Source: a virus
Virus record (IMG/VR): IMGVR_UViG_3300045988_088194
Direction: 5' to 3' (one strand)
DNA length: 64,000 nucleotides
The notes beneath the pieces were generated by a model that did not search any database, was not told the origin of the DNA, and saw nothing but the letters and a program-made list of their open reading frames with translations. Below, piece after piece: positions 1 to 7,466 of this stretch (its first letter is position 1; every line of letters starts with the position of its first letter). The translations under genes and the position numbers were made by a program.

Positions 1-8
1 ACTCACAC

Positions 9-197
9 TTGAAGATGTGGCAATACTTACAGGAAATGACTCTAAAAAATTATAAGATGAAACAATTTGAATCACGCTCATTACCAACAGAGGAAGTAAA
101 GTACTCTGTGGAATTCCCTAAAGAGCCTAAATATGCTCTTAGAAGAGGAAGACTCTGTATCTTAATGTGTGTTGTAACAAAGACAAAACATGAATAA
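9..197 (+). CDS. hypothetical protein, probably 5'-truncated by the window edge
   Basis: The frame is open back to nt 3. Stop TAA 195-197 overlaps the next start (ATGAATAA). No motif recognised. Confidence 0.3.
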   Translation: MKMWQYLQEMTLKNYKMKQFESRSLPTEEVKYSVEFPKEPKYALRRGRLCILMCVVTKTKHE

Positions 198-342
198 CAT
201 AGAGCTTCTAGATAACCCTTTTGAAGAGATAACATCAGAAGGGTTAGATTGGGAACCAGAATACAGATGTCCTAATTGTGACAGTATGTATGATGGTTGT
301 TACTGTCAATGCTGTGGATACAATAACAATGGAGGAATGTAA
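190..342 (+). CDS. small Cys-rich zinc-ribbon-like protein (50 aa)
   Basis: Hand-translated ORF below the 60-aa track cutoff: MNNIELLDNPFEEITSEGLDWEPEYRCPNCDSMYDGCYCQCCGYNNNGGM. It has CxxC plus a C-rich tail and is tightly packed between its neighbours. Confidence 0.45.
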   Translation: MNNIELLDNPFEEITSEGLDWEPEYRCPNCDSMYDGCYCQCCGYNNNGGM

Positions 343-343
343 T

Positions 344-1090
344 ATGATGAGATTATGTACAGTAGTATTTCCTGAAAGCAGTTCTTCAAGAACAAAGGAA
401 TACACATTCAAAATTCCAAAGATGCTCTATGTAAGAGAAGGAGACATACTAAGAAACATAAATTATGGAGATGCTCCTATGAAAGTGATGAGAGTATTTG
501 ATTATCCTGTAAATAATGTCTACAATGGATATATACTCAAAGAACTACTACCTTTTGAAACTAAGATAGAGTCACCATCAACAAGATTCAACAACAATCA
601 AACAAACAATAATATGGAAAAAAGAAATATCAAAGTCTCTCTTGAAGAGGCAAGGAATTGGTATAATGGCAAAGACCAGACTCTGCATAAGCTGGCTCTT
701 CAGGCATATACTGAAAAGGAACTGAGGGAACCACAGAGCCTCAAGGAGGTTCTTGAAGCTCTTGGAATACAGAGCCTTAATCTGGACATGAAACTGGGTG
801 GAAAGGATGCTTCGAGCACCATGAAACTCTCCAAGGAAATAGGCAATGCACTTGCTCTTCATATGAAACTAGCTTTCACAGCCAAGTATTTCAATGGCAC
901 ATGGAGGCCAGAGATGGACAAAACCAAGTATTTCTTGGCAAGGACTCCCTATTCCTATGATGTTCCTAACAGCACTAAGCTGGATAATGGCTATTATATA
1001 GGTACACATGAAAGAGTGATGTATCCAGGAATAGTATATTTCCAGAAGCAGGAAGATGTCAAAAAGGCATATGAAATGCTGAAGAGATAA
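344..1090 (+). CDS. hypothetical protein
   Basis: Track ORF 278..1090 trimmed to ATG 344, which is preceded by GGAGGAATGT. No motif recognised. Confidence 0.6.
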   Translation: MMRLCTVVFPESSSSRTKEYTFKIPKMLYVREGDILRNINYGDAPMKVMRVFDYPVNNVYNGYILKELLPFETKIESPSTRFNNNQTNNNMEKRNIKVSLEEARNWYNGKDQTLHKLALQAYTEKELREPQSLKEVLEALGIQSLNLDMKLGGKDASSTMKLSKEIGNALALHMKLAFTAKYFNGTWRPEMDKTKYFLARTPYSYDVPNSTKLDNGYYIGTHERVMYPGIVYFQKQEDVKKAYEMLKR

Positions 1091-1093
1091 AAC

Positions 1094-1188
1094 AAAGGGC
1101 TATTGCTGAATAGTGGAGTTACTTCACTGATAATGAAATAAGTTTTTGGGTACTTAATTATACTCCACAAACTGTTGCATAGCCCTTT
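1094..1188 (+). ncRNA. long hairpin carrying the AGTTACTTC element (copy 1, permuted R-X-L form); possibly also the terminator of the upstream gene
   Basis: Outer stem AAAGGGCTAT/ATAGCCCTTT and inner stem GTGGAGT/ACTCCAC. ACTTC lies at 1121-1125, then a 29-nt apical segment, then TAATTAT. A T-run follows. The stems covary with the copy at 7467-7559. Confidence 0.5.
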
Positions 1189-1250
1189 TTATAATACGTT
1201 CATAAAGTTTAATTTGATGTAACAGTTTTAATTGGTGTGACATTGTTCAC

Positions 1251-1284
1251 AGAACTCACACTGCTGTGAAGCACTGTGAGTTCT
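1251..1284 (+). repeat. 10-bp hairpin, possible degenerate L...R copy of the same element
   Basis: AGAACTCACA-14 nt-TGTGAGTTCT followed by TTACTTTG. It shares ACAGAACTC with the L arm at 7531-7539. Confidence 0.3.
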
Positions 1285-1331
1285 TTACTTTGAAAGTATA
1301 TTAGTACTAATCTCAAAAAAAAAGAAAACAA

Positions 1332-1643
1332 ATGAAAGAAAAAGATTTCAAGTCTCTCTCTGTTGATGAACAGAAAGAGAAAATCAATGAGCTTGTTGCC
1401 TCTTGGTGTGGGCAGGATTCACGCAACAGATGTGCAGTAGTCATCCTGGGTGACAGGAAAGATGAAGAGGATGCGGGAAAATCTTCATGTGCCATGTTAG
1501 GTCCAGGAGACCTCATAGCAGTATCCCTTAGAACTGCATTGGACCATGATAAAGACCTTAGGAAGTTTGTAACTTGTGGTCTAATGGGACCTCTTGGAGG
1601 ACTGCTATCTATGTTTAACAACTCAAAAGAAGAGGAGGAATAG
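1332..1643 (+). CDS. hypothetical protein (tandem paralog 1)
   Basis: ORF with an A-rich leader (AAAAAAAAAGAAAACAAATG). It shares the pattern W..(8-10)R.C.V(I/V)...D...(S)C A.(L/I)G...LI..L..A with the next ORF. Confidence 0.6.
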   Translation: MKEKDFKSLSVDEQKEKINELVASWCGQDSRNRCAVVILGDRKDEEDAGKSSCAMLGPGDLIAVSLRTALDHDKDLRKFVTCGLMGPLGGLLSMFNNSKEEEE

Positions 1644-1645
1644 TC

Positions 1646-1927
1646 ATGGAAGAAAGAACACTGACCAAAGGTGAACAGAAGAGAGTAGATGCCTGCCAAA
1701 AGGTAGTTGAATGGGCTTCTGAAAACAAGAAACACAGAGGATGTATAGTCATTGCAACAGATGAGAAATCATCAACATGTGCAGTGATTGGAGAGAGCCA
1801 AGGTCTTATTTCAGCACTTCTGTCAGCCATAAAGAGTACTCCGAATTTTAGAAATATTCTAAGTACTGTGCTGATGCTTGATATGGTCACTGGTGGTTCA
1901 AAGAGTGACACTGACAAGGACAAGTAG
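1646..1927 (+). CDS. hypothetical protein (tandem paralog 2)
   Basis: Starts 3 nt after the previous stop. Similar length and motif order to 1332..1643. Confidence 0.6.
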   Translation: MEERTLTKGEQKRVDACQKVVEWASENKKHRGCIVIATDEKSSTCAVIGESQGLISALLSAIKSTPNFRNILSTVLMLDMVTGGSKSDTDKDK

Positions 1928-1934
1928 TCTGGCA

Positions 1935-2008
1935 GACTCCATAGCATAATTGGTTAATGCACCACCCTTTTAAGGTGGGTTATCTGGGTTCAAGTCCCAG
2001 TGGAGTCA
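1935..2008 (+). tRNA. tRNA-Lys (anticodon TTT)
   Basis: Hand-folded cloverleaf: acceptor GACTCCA/TGGAGTC, D arm GCAT-AATTGGTTA-ATGC, anticodon arm CCACC-CTTTTAA-GGTGG, T arm CTGGG-TTCAAGT-CCCAG, discriminator A. Confidence 0.9.
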
Positions 2009-2117
2009 CTATTTAACCAAAAAAAAAACAATGTCATGTAACAAAAAAAAAAGAAGGGATTTCTCAAGGAGAAAAGCCCTTCACAGTAGTATCAACATTT
2101 AACAAGGAGGTGCTGAA

Positions 2118-2348
2118 ATGAACAATAAAGTCATAAACATCACCTATGTAGTAAGATGTGGGTGTGGTTCCACTGATGAAGCTAAATATCATGCAATAGT
2201 CCCTGAAGACTATCATGATGTAGAAGATGGTGACATTATTAACTTTGACAAGATGGAAGCACTGGAAAAAGTAGCAGGGGAAATATACTGTGATGAGTAT
2301 AGAGGTTCTGTGAAAGACCATAATCCTAATGATTACTATGTCTGGTGA
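2118..2348 (+). CDS. hypothetical protein
   Basis: ORF preceded by AAGGAGGTGCTGAA. No motif recognised. Confidence 0.55.
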   Translation: MNNKVINITYVVRCGCGSTDEAKYHAIVPEDYHDVEDGDIINFDKMEALEKVAGEIYCDEYRGSVKDHNPNDYYVW

Positions 2349-2727
2349 TTGGACTTATATACTGGCTGTAGCATTGTGTGCAGCCAGTATATCCTATACA
2401 ATAAGTGTTACAAGTATATTTGAATGGCTCAGAAATCTTATAGAAGACCACATAGGTGGAAAGATAGAAGAACTCATTCACTGTCCTTATTGTCTGGGTC
2501 ACTATGTAGTGCTGGTGATTATGTTCACCACAAAAGGTCTGAGATACCATCTTATGCCAATATCAGGAAATATAGTATATGATTTCCTGTTTACTTGGTT
2601 CTGCATAGTATGTGTACTCTCACTACTTCATTATTTTATGAACCTTGCTTATAAACCAATAGCAGAGAATGAAGGTTTAAGAGCAAGACTTAAGGCGCAA
2701 AAACAAAGAAAAGATAAACAATTATGA
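2329..2727 (+). CDS. hypothetical membrane protein
   Basis: Three or four hydrophobic segments and a basic C-terminal tail. The start may be ATG 2338. Confidence 0.55.
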   Translation: MITMSGDWTYILAVALCAASISYTISVTSIFEWLRNLIEDHIGGKIEELIHCPYCLGHYVVLVIMFTTKGLRYHLMPISGNIVYDFLFTWFCIVCVLSLLHYFMNLAYKPIAENEGLRARLKAQKQRKDKQL

Positions 2728-2990
2728 GGTGGACAACAAAAGAAGATAGACTTATTGCTGAAGCATTAGTCAGAAGTCATAATGAAAAAACTGTAGCTTT
2801 TCAGGATGTAGCAAATGTACTGGGTATTTCCAGAAAGGCTGTTGAAGGCAGGTATTACAGAAAATTTCCTGACCTGGACTTATTAGCAAAAGATATTCTT
2901 GAAGAGATAGCATACAAGAACTATAAGGCTCATAAGCCTTGGTATGTAAAACTCTGGAATGCTGTTAAAAGCATGTTGAACTTAAAGTAG
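2724..2990 (+). CDS. Myb/SANT-like DNA-binding protein (putative)
   Basis: N-terminal W-T-x-x-E-D...L pattern (RWTTKEDRLIAEAL) followed by a helix-turn-helix-like ISRKAVEGRYYR. Confidence 0.45.
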   Translation: MRWTTKEDRLIAEALVRSHNEKTVAFQDVANVLGISRKAVEGRYYRKFPDLDLLAKDILEEIAYKNYKAHKPWYVKLWNAVKSMLNLK

Positions 2991-2998
2991 AGATTATC

Positions 2999-3406
2999 AT
3001 GAGCTATTGGTCATTTACACTCAGTGTGCTGCTATGGGTGGGATTTGGTATAGTCTGTAGGGCATGCCTCCCACCTTTTGAGAAGGGAGCAGATAAACTG
3101 CTTAAAACCATGAGTTGGGCCCTCACTATAGCCACACTTGGTCTATGTGTGCTTGTTTCTTACGCAAGCATAGAGACAAACATAAACAAGGCTATTATAG
3201 ATTATGACAGAGGCAAGTACAAAGTAGAACTTAAAGTCAGTGTAGACACTGTTAGAACTATCAAATGCCCAAAGTTGTACAAACATACTGTCCCATATGT
3301 GACAGAACCACAGCCCATGAGATTTATACCACTAATAACTTGGGAGAAAGAGCAGGAATTACAAGATTCCTTACTGCCTTATTCACAGTTGGACTCTCTG
3401 AAATAG
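2999..3406 (+). CDS. hypothetical membrane protein
   Basis: Two N-terminal hydrophobic helices. The 3' third overlaps 3265..3492 in another frame. Confidence 0.45.
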   Translation: MSYWSFTLSVLLWVGFGIVCRACLPPFEKGADKLLKTMSWALTIATLGLCVLVSYASIETNINKAIIDYDRGKYKVELKVSVDTVRTIKCPKLYKHTVPYVTEPQPMRFIPLITWEKEQELQDSLLPYSQLDSLK

Positions 3407-3492
3407 ATGGATACAGGGTATGTGAATGTCTGAATTGTGGTAAGAAAAGACCCATTAGTGGGGACAATGAAAATTTAAGGTTTGGTATGTAA
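3265..3492 (+). CDS. zinc-ribbon protein (putative)
   Basis: CPIC...(40 aa)...CLNCG four-Cys pattern. Overlaps the previous ORF by 142 nt. Confidence 0.45.
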   Translation: MPKVVQTYCPICDRTTAHEIYTTNNLGERAGITRFLTALFTVGLSEIDGYRVCECLNCGKKRPISGDNENLRFGM

Positions 3493-3496
3493 AATT

Positions 3497-3529
3497 ATTT
3501 GGTAACATCAATTATTTTACTTACCTTTG
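3497..3529 (+). promoter_or_regulatory. Bacteroidota-type promoter (-33 TTTG / -7 TAnnTTTG)
   Basis: TTTG at 3497-3500, a 21-nt spacer, then TACCTTTG at 3522-3529, 27 nt upstream of ATG 3556. Confidence 0.5.
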
Positions 3530-3555
3530 TTAAACAATTAAAACATTAGTTTACT

Positions 3556-4965
3556 ATGTCTAAGTTGAATCCAACCATTAAGCCAACATCTAAATTTACA
3601 GATGAAAGACTTGCTGGAGGTAGTGGTGCTCTTGCTGCTAAGCAGTCAAACATTGCTCTCCTTAAAAGACTCACCTTGGCTAATCTTCTTTGGGAAGATG
3701 CTGCCTATTGTGATGGCAAGAAGATTGCTGAAGAGATTGAAAGGCTCATACCTCTGTGTAGTGCAGAAGATGTATATACTGTTGCTTTGGCAGCAAGAAC
3801 TCTACAGAAACTCAGGCACACACCTTTGTTTCTGGCATCTGAAATGTGCAAATACCCTGAACACAGGCTATTTGTAAGAGACTTACTGCCAAAGATTATA
3901 ACAAGGGCAGATATGCTGACTGACTTCCTCTCTATATACTGGAAAGAAGAAAAGAAGCCACTGGCTAATCAGGCAAAGAAAGGACTTGCAGCAGCATTTC
4001 ATAACTTCAATGCTTATAAGTTTGCAAAGTATGACAGAGATGCTGCAATAAAACTCAGAGATGTAATGTTTCTTGTTCACCCAAGACCTTGTGATGAAAA
4101 GGAAGCAGAACTCTTCAAGATGATTGCTTCAAGAACTCTTCCTGTACCTGAAACTTGGGAAACAATGCTCTCTGCTGGTAAAGATAAAAAAGAAACCTGG
4201 ACTAAACTTATCACTGAAGATAAGATTGGAGGTTTAGCTTTCTTGAGAAATCTTAAAAACATGAGGGAAGCTGGTGTAGACAAGAAAGTAATAAAATATG
4301 GCTTTGAAAGTCTTAAGGCTTCAATGCTGTTGCCTATGAATTTCTTGCAAGCAGCCAGAATGAATCCTGAGTTTGAGAGGGATATAGAAGATGCTATGAT
4401 AACTTCATGGTCCAATCTTCCTAAAATCCCTGGTAGGACTCTGTTCATACTTGATGCTTCTGGTTCTATGGAGTGGGCTGAAATCTCAAAAAAGTCCAAA
4501 CTCACAAGGTTTGATGCTGCAAAGGCTATGGCTATGCTTGCTGCAAACCAGTGTGAAGACTTTGAGTTGGTGGTAACTGCTGGTGATGACTATGCCAGAA
4601 AGCATAAATCAGAAGTAATCAAATATCCTTCAAAGGGATTCAACCTTCTAAAGCAGATAGATGAAGCAAAGAAGAGGGTTGGAGGTGGAGGAATCTTCAC
4701 AAGACAATGTCTTGAGTGGTCAAGAGAACAGTTTACTGGAGAGTTTGACAGAATAATCATATTCTCAGACTCACAGGACTGTGACTACCCTGAGAAGAGA
4801 GTTCCAAAGCCTTTTGGAAAACACAACTACATCTGTGATGTATCATCTGAACTGCATGGTGTGAACTATAGGGGTGCTTGGGATGCTGAAATAAGTGGCT
4901 TCTCAGAGCATTTCCTAACTTTCATAGCAGCATATGAAGGTATTGAGAATACTTTTAATGAATGA
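3556..4965 (+). CDS. TROVE (Ro60/Rsr-like) domain protein with C-terminal vWA domain
   Basis: N-terminal AGGSGA...LFLASE...ITRADMLTDF...AYKFAKYDRDAAIKLRDVMFLVHPRP matches the TROVE pattern (..yqlaKY...lRDvlrl.HPkP). The C-terminus has a vWA MIDAS motif, LFILDASGSM, then VVTAGDD and IIIFSDSQD. Confidence 0.75.
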   Translation: MSKLNPTIKPTSKFTDERLAGGSGALAAKQSNIALLKRLTLANLLWEDAAYCDGKKIAEEIERLIPLCSAEDVYTVALAARTLQKLRHTPLFLASEMCKYPEHRLFVRDLLPKIITRADMLTDFLSIYWKEEKKPLANQAKKGLAAAFHNFNAYKFAKYDRDAAIKLRDVMFLVHPRPCDEKEAELFKMIASRTLPVPETWETMLSAGKDKKETWTKLITEDKIGGLAFLRNLKNMREAGVDKKVIKYGFESLKASMLLPMNFLQAARMNPEFERDIEDAMITSWSNLPKIPGRTLFILDASGSMEWAEISKKSKLTRFDAAKAMAMLAANQCEDFELVVTAGDDYARKHKSEVIKYPSKGFNLLKQIDEAKKRVGGGGIFTRQCLEWSREQFTGEFDRIIIFSDSQDCDYPEKRVPKPFGKHNYICDVSSELHGVNYRGAWDAEISGFSEHFLTFIAAYEGIENTFNE

Positions 4966-5207
4966 GACAGACAATAGGAAACATTCAGGGATATGATGTA
5001 ATCTATGTCCCTGAGAAAAGAATCCTATTCTGTAAGAACACTGCTGTTCCTTATGACCTTCTTAAGGAGGCTGTCTATGGTGACATGGACAGGTATGACA
5101 TACCTCAAAAGAATCTGGTCATAAGGAAGAGTGGTGAAATTATAGAGTTTGGATGCTTGACAACAACTATAGAAAAGGCCAAGAGCATATTGGCAAGTGT
5201 TTATTAA
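4962..5207 (+). CDS. hypothetical protein
   Basis: ORF overlapping the upstream stop by 4 nt (ATGA). No motif recognised. Confidence 0.5.
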   Translation: MRQTIGNIQGYDVIYVPEKRILFCKNTAVPYDLLKEAVYGDMDRYDIPQKNLVIRKSGEIIEFGCLTTTIEKAKSILASVY

Positions 5208-5219
5208 GAAAAAAAAACA

Positions 5220-6608
5220 ATGGAACAAACAATTATCCAGAGCACAAAGGATGTGCTTAAGAAGAAAGTAAACTTCTTTGAACAGCAACAGAAAGAGCGT
5301 ATTATCACAGCCTGTAAGTCAGACATGAAGTATGCAGAAGTTCTGGCATTCATCAAAAATGAGATAGAAATGTCTGAACAGGATGTATCACTAAACTACA
5401 ACATCAAATGTTGGAAGACTGATGGTGCATTCCAGTTTAACAAGGCTGTTGAAGAGATATTTGGCTCAGTAAAGGCTGAGAAAGATGCAGGTCCTTCAGG
5501 CTCTGGTAATATCAATACTCTTGATGTTGTCCTTGCTGATGGCTCAAGAACAAAAGTACCTTTTGGTAAGATTTCATTGCCTGAACTTGGTGAGAATTCC
5601 TATATAGAGCTGAACTACTCTAATAGTGCTTCAGAACTGGTTATAACAGGAGTATGCAAATCCAAGTATCAGTCCATGATTGATGATATTGTGGACAGGA
5701 CAAGGGAGCTCATTGCTATAAACTCTATCTACAAGAATCAAGCTCTTGAGATAACAGAGAAAGGCAAAGAGCCTAAGAGACTCAATCTCAGCCATATAGA
5801 TGGTCAGTTGATGGTCTTGTCAAAACAGACAGAGTTTGACCTTCAGCCTTTGAGGTCAAGAATCCTGTATCCTGAGAAATGTCTCAAGGCAGGCATTCCC
5901 CTTAAGTATGGATGTCTGTTTGAAGGGAAATATGGTACTGGAAAGACTCTTCTTGCATTTAAACTTGCAAGAGAGGCTACCAAGAACAACTGGACTTTCA
6001 TCTATCTTAAGAATCCTTCTCTTCTTGCAGAGACCTTGAGGATGGTGAAAATCATAGACAGGTCATGCAATGGAGTGATAGTCTTTGTAGAGGACATTGA
6101 CCAGGTTACAAGAGGGGAGAGGGATGCATCTCTTCAGGATATTCTGAACACTCTTGATGGTGGTGATACCAAAGATATGAATGTCATTACTTTGTTCACC
6201 ACCAACCACATAGAACTTATTGAACCTACATTCCTCAGAGGAAAGAGAATTGGTTCAGTGGTTACTATGGACTGTCTTGATAAGGAGACAGCATTGAGGT
6301 TCATCAAAGAGTCCTTCAAAGATGGATATGAGATTGGTGAACTTAAAGAGTCCCTTGACCTCATAGAGGAGATGGAGATAGCACCTGCATTCATGGCAGA
6401 GATAGTTGAATCTATCAAGAGTAAACTTATCTTTGCAGAGACCAACCTTGTAACTGATGATATTCTCAAAGGTGCTGTCAAGGCTTATAACAGACAGGTA
6501 AACCTCTCAAGAAAGAAGGATATGAGCATGACTCCTGAGAAGGAGTTCTACCAGAGTATGCAAACTATAATGGCTGAAGGAATCAAGCAGGTTCTTAGAG
6601 GCAAATAG
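5220..6608 (+). CDS. AAA+ ATPase (classical AAA family)
   Basis: Walker A GKYGTGKTLL, Walker B VIVFVEDIDQV, sensor-1 LFTTNH and a second region of homology, PTFLRGKRIG. Confidence 0.85.
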   Translation: MEQTIIQSTKDVLKKKVNFFEQQQKERIITACKSDMKYAEVLAFIKNEIEMSEQDVSLNYNIKCWKTDGAFQFNKAVEEIFGSVKAEKDAGPSGSGNINTLDVVLADGSRTKVPFGKISLPELGENSYIELNYSNSASELVITGVCKSKYQSMIDDIVDRTRELIAINSIYKNQALEITEKGKEPKRLNLSHIDGQLMVLSKQTEFDLQPLRSRILYPEKCLKAGIPLKYGCLFEGKYGTGKTLLAFKLAREATKNNWTFIYLKNPSLLAETLRMVKIIDRSCNGVIVFVEDIDQVTRGERDASLQDILNTLDGGDTKDMNVITLFTTNHIELIEPTFLRGKRIGSVVTMDCLDKETALRFIKESFKDGYEIGELKESLDLIEEMEIAPAFMAEIVESIKSKLIFAETNLVTDDILKGAVKAYNRQVNLSRKKDMSMTPEKEFYQSMQTIMAEGIKQVLRGK

Positions 6609-6618
6609 GGGGGTTACT

Positions 6619-6888
6619 ATGAAAATACAGGTCAGTCCAAAAGCATCTGAGTGGATATTGAAGCAGCCTTGGCTATCTCAGTTTGTAGATAACTGTGTAG
6701 CAATTAAGACCCCCCCAGATATGATACTTGCCTATCTTCTTGGTACGGAGTCATACAGCACGATTTTTAGTGCTTTCACCTGGAGTAGTACTCCTGAAGG
6801 TGGAGATTTCTGGAGCAAGATTGATGATGAGATATCAGAGGTTAGTGAGGAGGAAAACTGGGATGATATTACCACTATAGAGATATAG
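6619..6888 (+). CDS. hypothetical acidic protein
   Basis: ORF preceded by GGGGGGTTACT. No motif recognised. Confidence 0.5.
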   Translation: MKIQVSPKASEWILKQPWLSQFVDNCVAIKTPPDMILAYLLGTESYSTIFSAFTWSSTPEGGDFWSKIDDEISEVSEEENWDDITTIEI

Positions 6889-6892
6889 TGAA

Positions 6893-6913
6893 AGAGGCAG
6901 CAAGTCTGCCTCT
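6893..6913 (+). other. 8-bp hairpin between the CDS and the tRNA array (terminator or processing stem?)
   Basis: AGAGGCAG-CAAGT-CTGCCTCT. No T-run follows. Confidence 0.35.
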
Positions 6914-6917
6914 ATAT

Positions 6918-7002
6918 GCAGGGATGGCAGAATGGATTATGCACCAGTCTTCTAAACTGGGTTCTGAATGGAACAATGTGAGTTCGAGTCTCACTCCCTG
7001 TA
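6918..7002 (+). tRNA. type-II (long variable arm) tRNA with anticodon TCT; CCA encoded at 7003-7005
   Basis: - Acceptor: GCAGGGA/TCCCTGT (G1-U72).
- D stem: 3 bp, GCA/TGC.
- Anticodon arm: CCAGT-CTTCTAA-ACTGG.
- Variable arm: 17 nt, GTTC-TGAATG-GAAC-AAT.
- T arm: GTGAG-TTCGAGT-CTCAC.
- Discriminator: A73. Confidence 0.7.
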
Positions 7003-7069
7003 CCAAATAAATTCCTTTTTTGGGGGATGAATATGGACAGGTCTGCTGTGAAGTAAACTTGTTCATTAC

Positions 7070-7143
7070 ACTCACATAGCTCAACTGGTCAGAGCAGGAC
7101 TCTTATACAGTCAAGGTTGGGGGTTCAAGTCCCTCTGTGAGTA
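7070..7143 (+). tRNA. tRNA-Ile (anticodon TAT)
   Basis: Acceptor ACTCACA/TGTGAGT, D arm GCTC-AACTGGTCA-GAGC, anticodon arm GGACT-CTTATAC-AGTCA (one G-A mismatch), T arm GGGGG-TTCAAGT-CCCTC. Confidence 0.85.
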
Positions 7144-7223
7144 CTAAAGAAAGAACAGATGGAAAAGTTAAAGGAATATCTTTGGAATGAGTGGAGATAT
7201 AATAATGCTCCTAAATTCCTCAA

Positions 7224-7270
7224 ATACTTTGAAGAGTAGTTTGAAAACCTCACAGATTTGCAGATACTTC
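7224..7270 (+). repeat. degenerate copy of the AGTTACTTC element
   Basis: ATACTTTGAAGAGTAGTTTG...GCAGATACTTC aligns with TTACTTCTGAAGAGATAGTGTT...GAGAGTTACTTC in the tRNA-Met insert. Confidence 0.3.
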
Positions 7271-7321
7271 AGTATACTGCATAATGGAAGGATACAAGAC
7301 CATTTTATAAGACAACATAAA

Positions 7322-7458
7322 GCATTACATAGTGCGGGGTAGAGTTACTTCAGATTAGATAAATGGTTATATCATAAGATTGTGGTTCTTAAATTTGTTG
7401 GTTCGAGTCCAGCATCTGGCTATAAACACTCTATCAATTATTCTTGTAATGCTTTTTT
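7322..7458 (+). ncRNA. long stem structure (permuted R-X-L element, copy 2) enclosing the tRNA-His-like module
   Basis: Outer stem GCATTAC (7322-7328) / GTAATGC (7446-7452) followed by TTTTTT. Inner stem GGTAGAGT (7338-7345) / ACTCTATC (7428-7435). ACTTC lies at 7347-7351 and TATAAAC at 7421-7427. Confidence 0.5.
7349..7421 (+). tRNA. tRNA-His-like (anticodon GTG), atypical acceptor end
   Basis: D arm GATA-AATGGTTA-TATC, anticodon arm TAAGA-TTGTGGT-TCTTA (perfect) and T arm GTTGG-TTCGAGT-CCAGC. The acceptor TTCAGAT/ATCTGGC has a T1-C72 mismatch and a T2-G71 wobble. There is no G-1/C73. Confidence 0.65.
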
Positions 7459-7466
7459 GAAATATA

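Noticed and set aside
1313-1947. Minus-strand ORFs of 140 and 110 aa.
   Set aside because: They are antisense to the tandem paralog pair. They have no start context and sit in a co-directional gene block.
2029-2101. 23-aa ORF after an A-run leader, downstream of tRNA-Lys.
   Set aside because: It is too short, highly basic and low-complexity, with no support beyond the leader.
7159-7320. Mini-ORF MEKLKEYLWNEWRYNNAPKFLKYFEE-TAG-FENLTDLQILQYTA-TAA-WKDTRPFYKTT, which looks like it could read through two stops.
   Set aside because: It would need two different stop codons to be recoded. It overlaps a degenerate copy of the AGTTACTTC element and lies inside the RNA gene array. Most likely it is non-coding or a 26-aa leftover.
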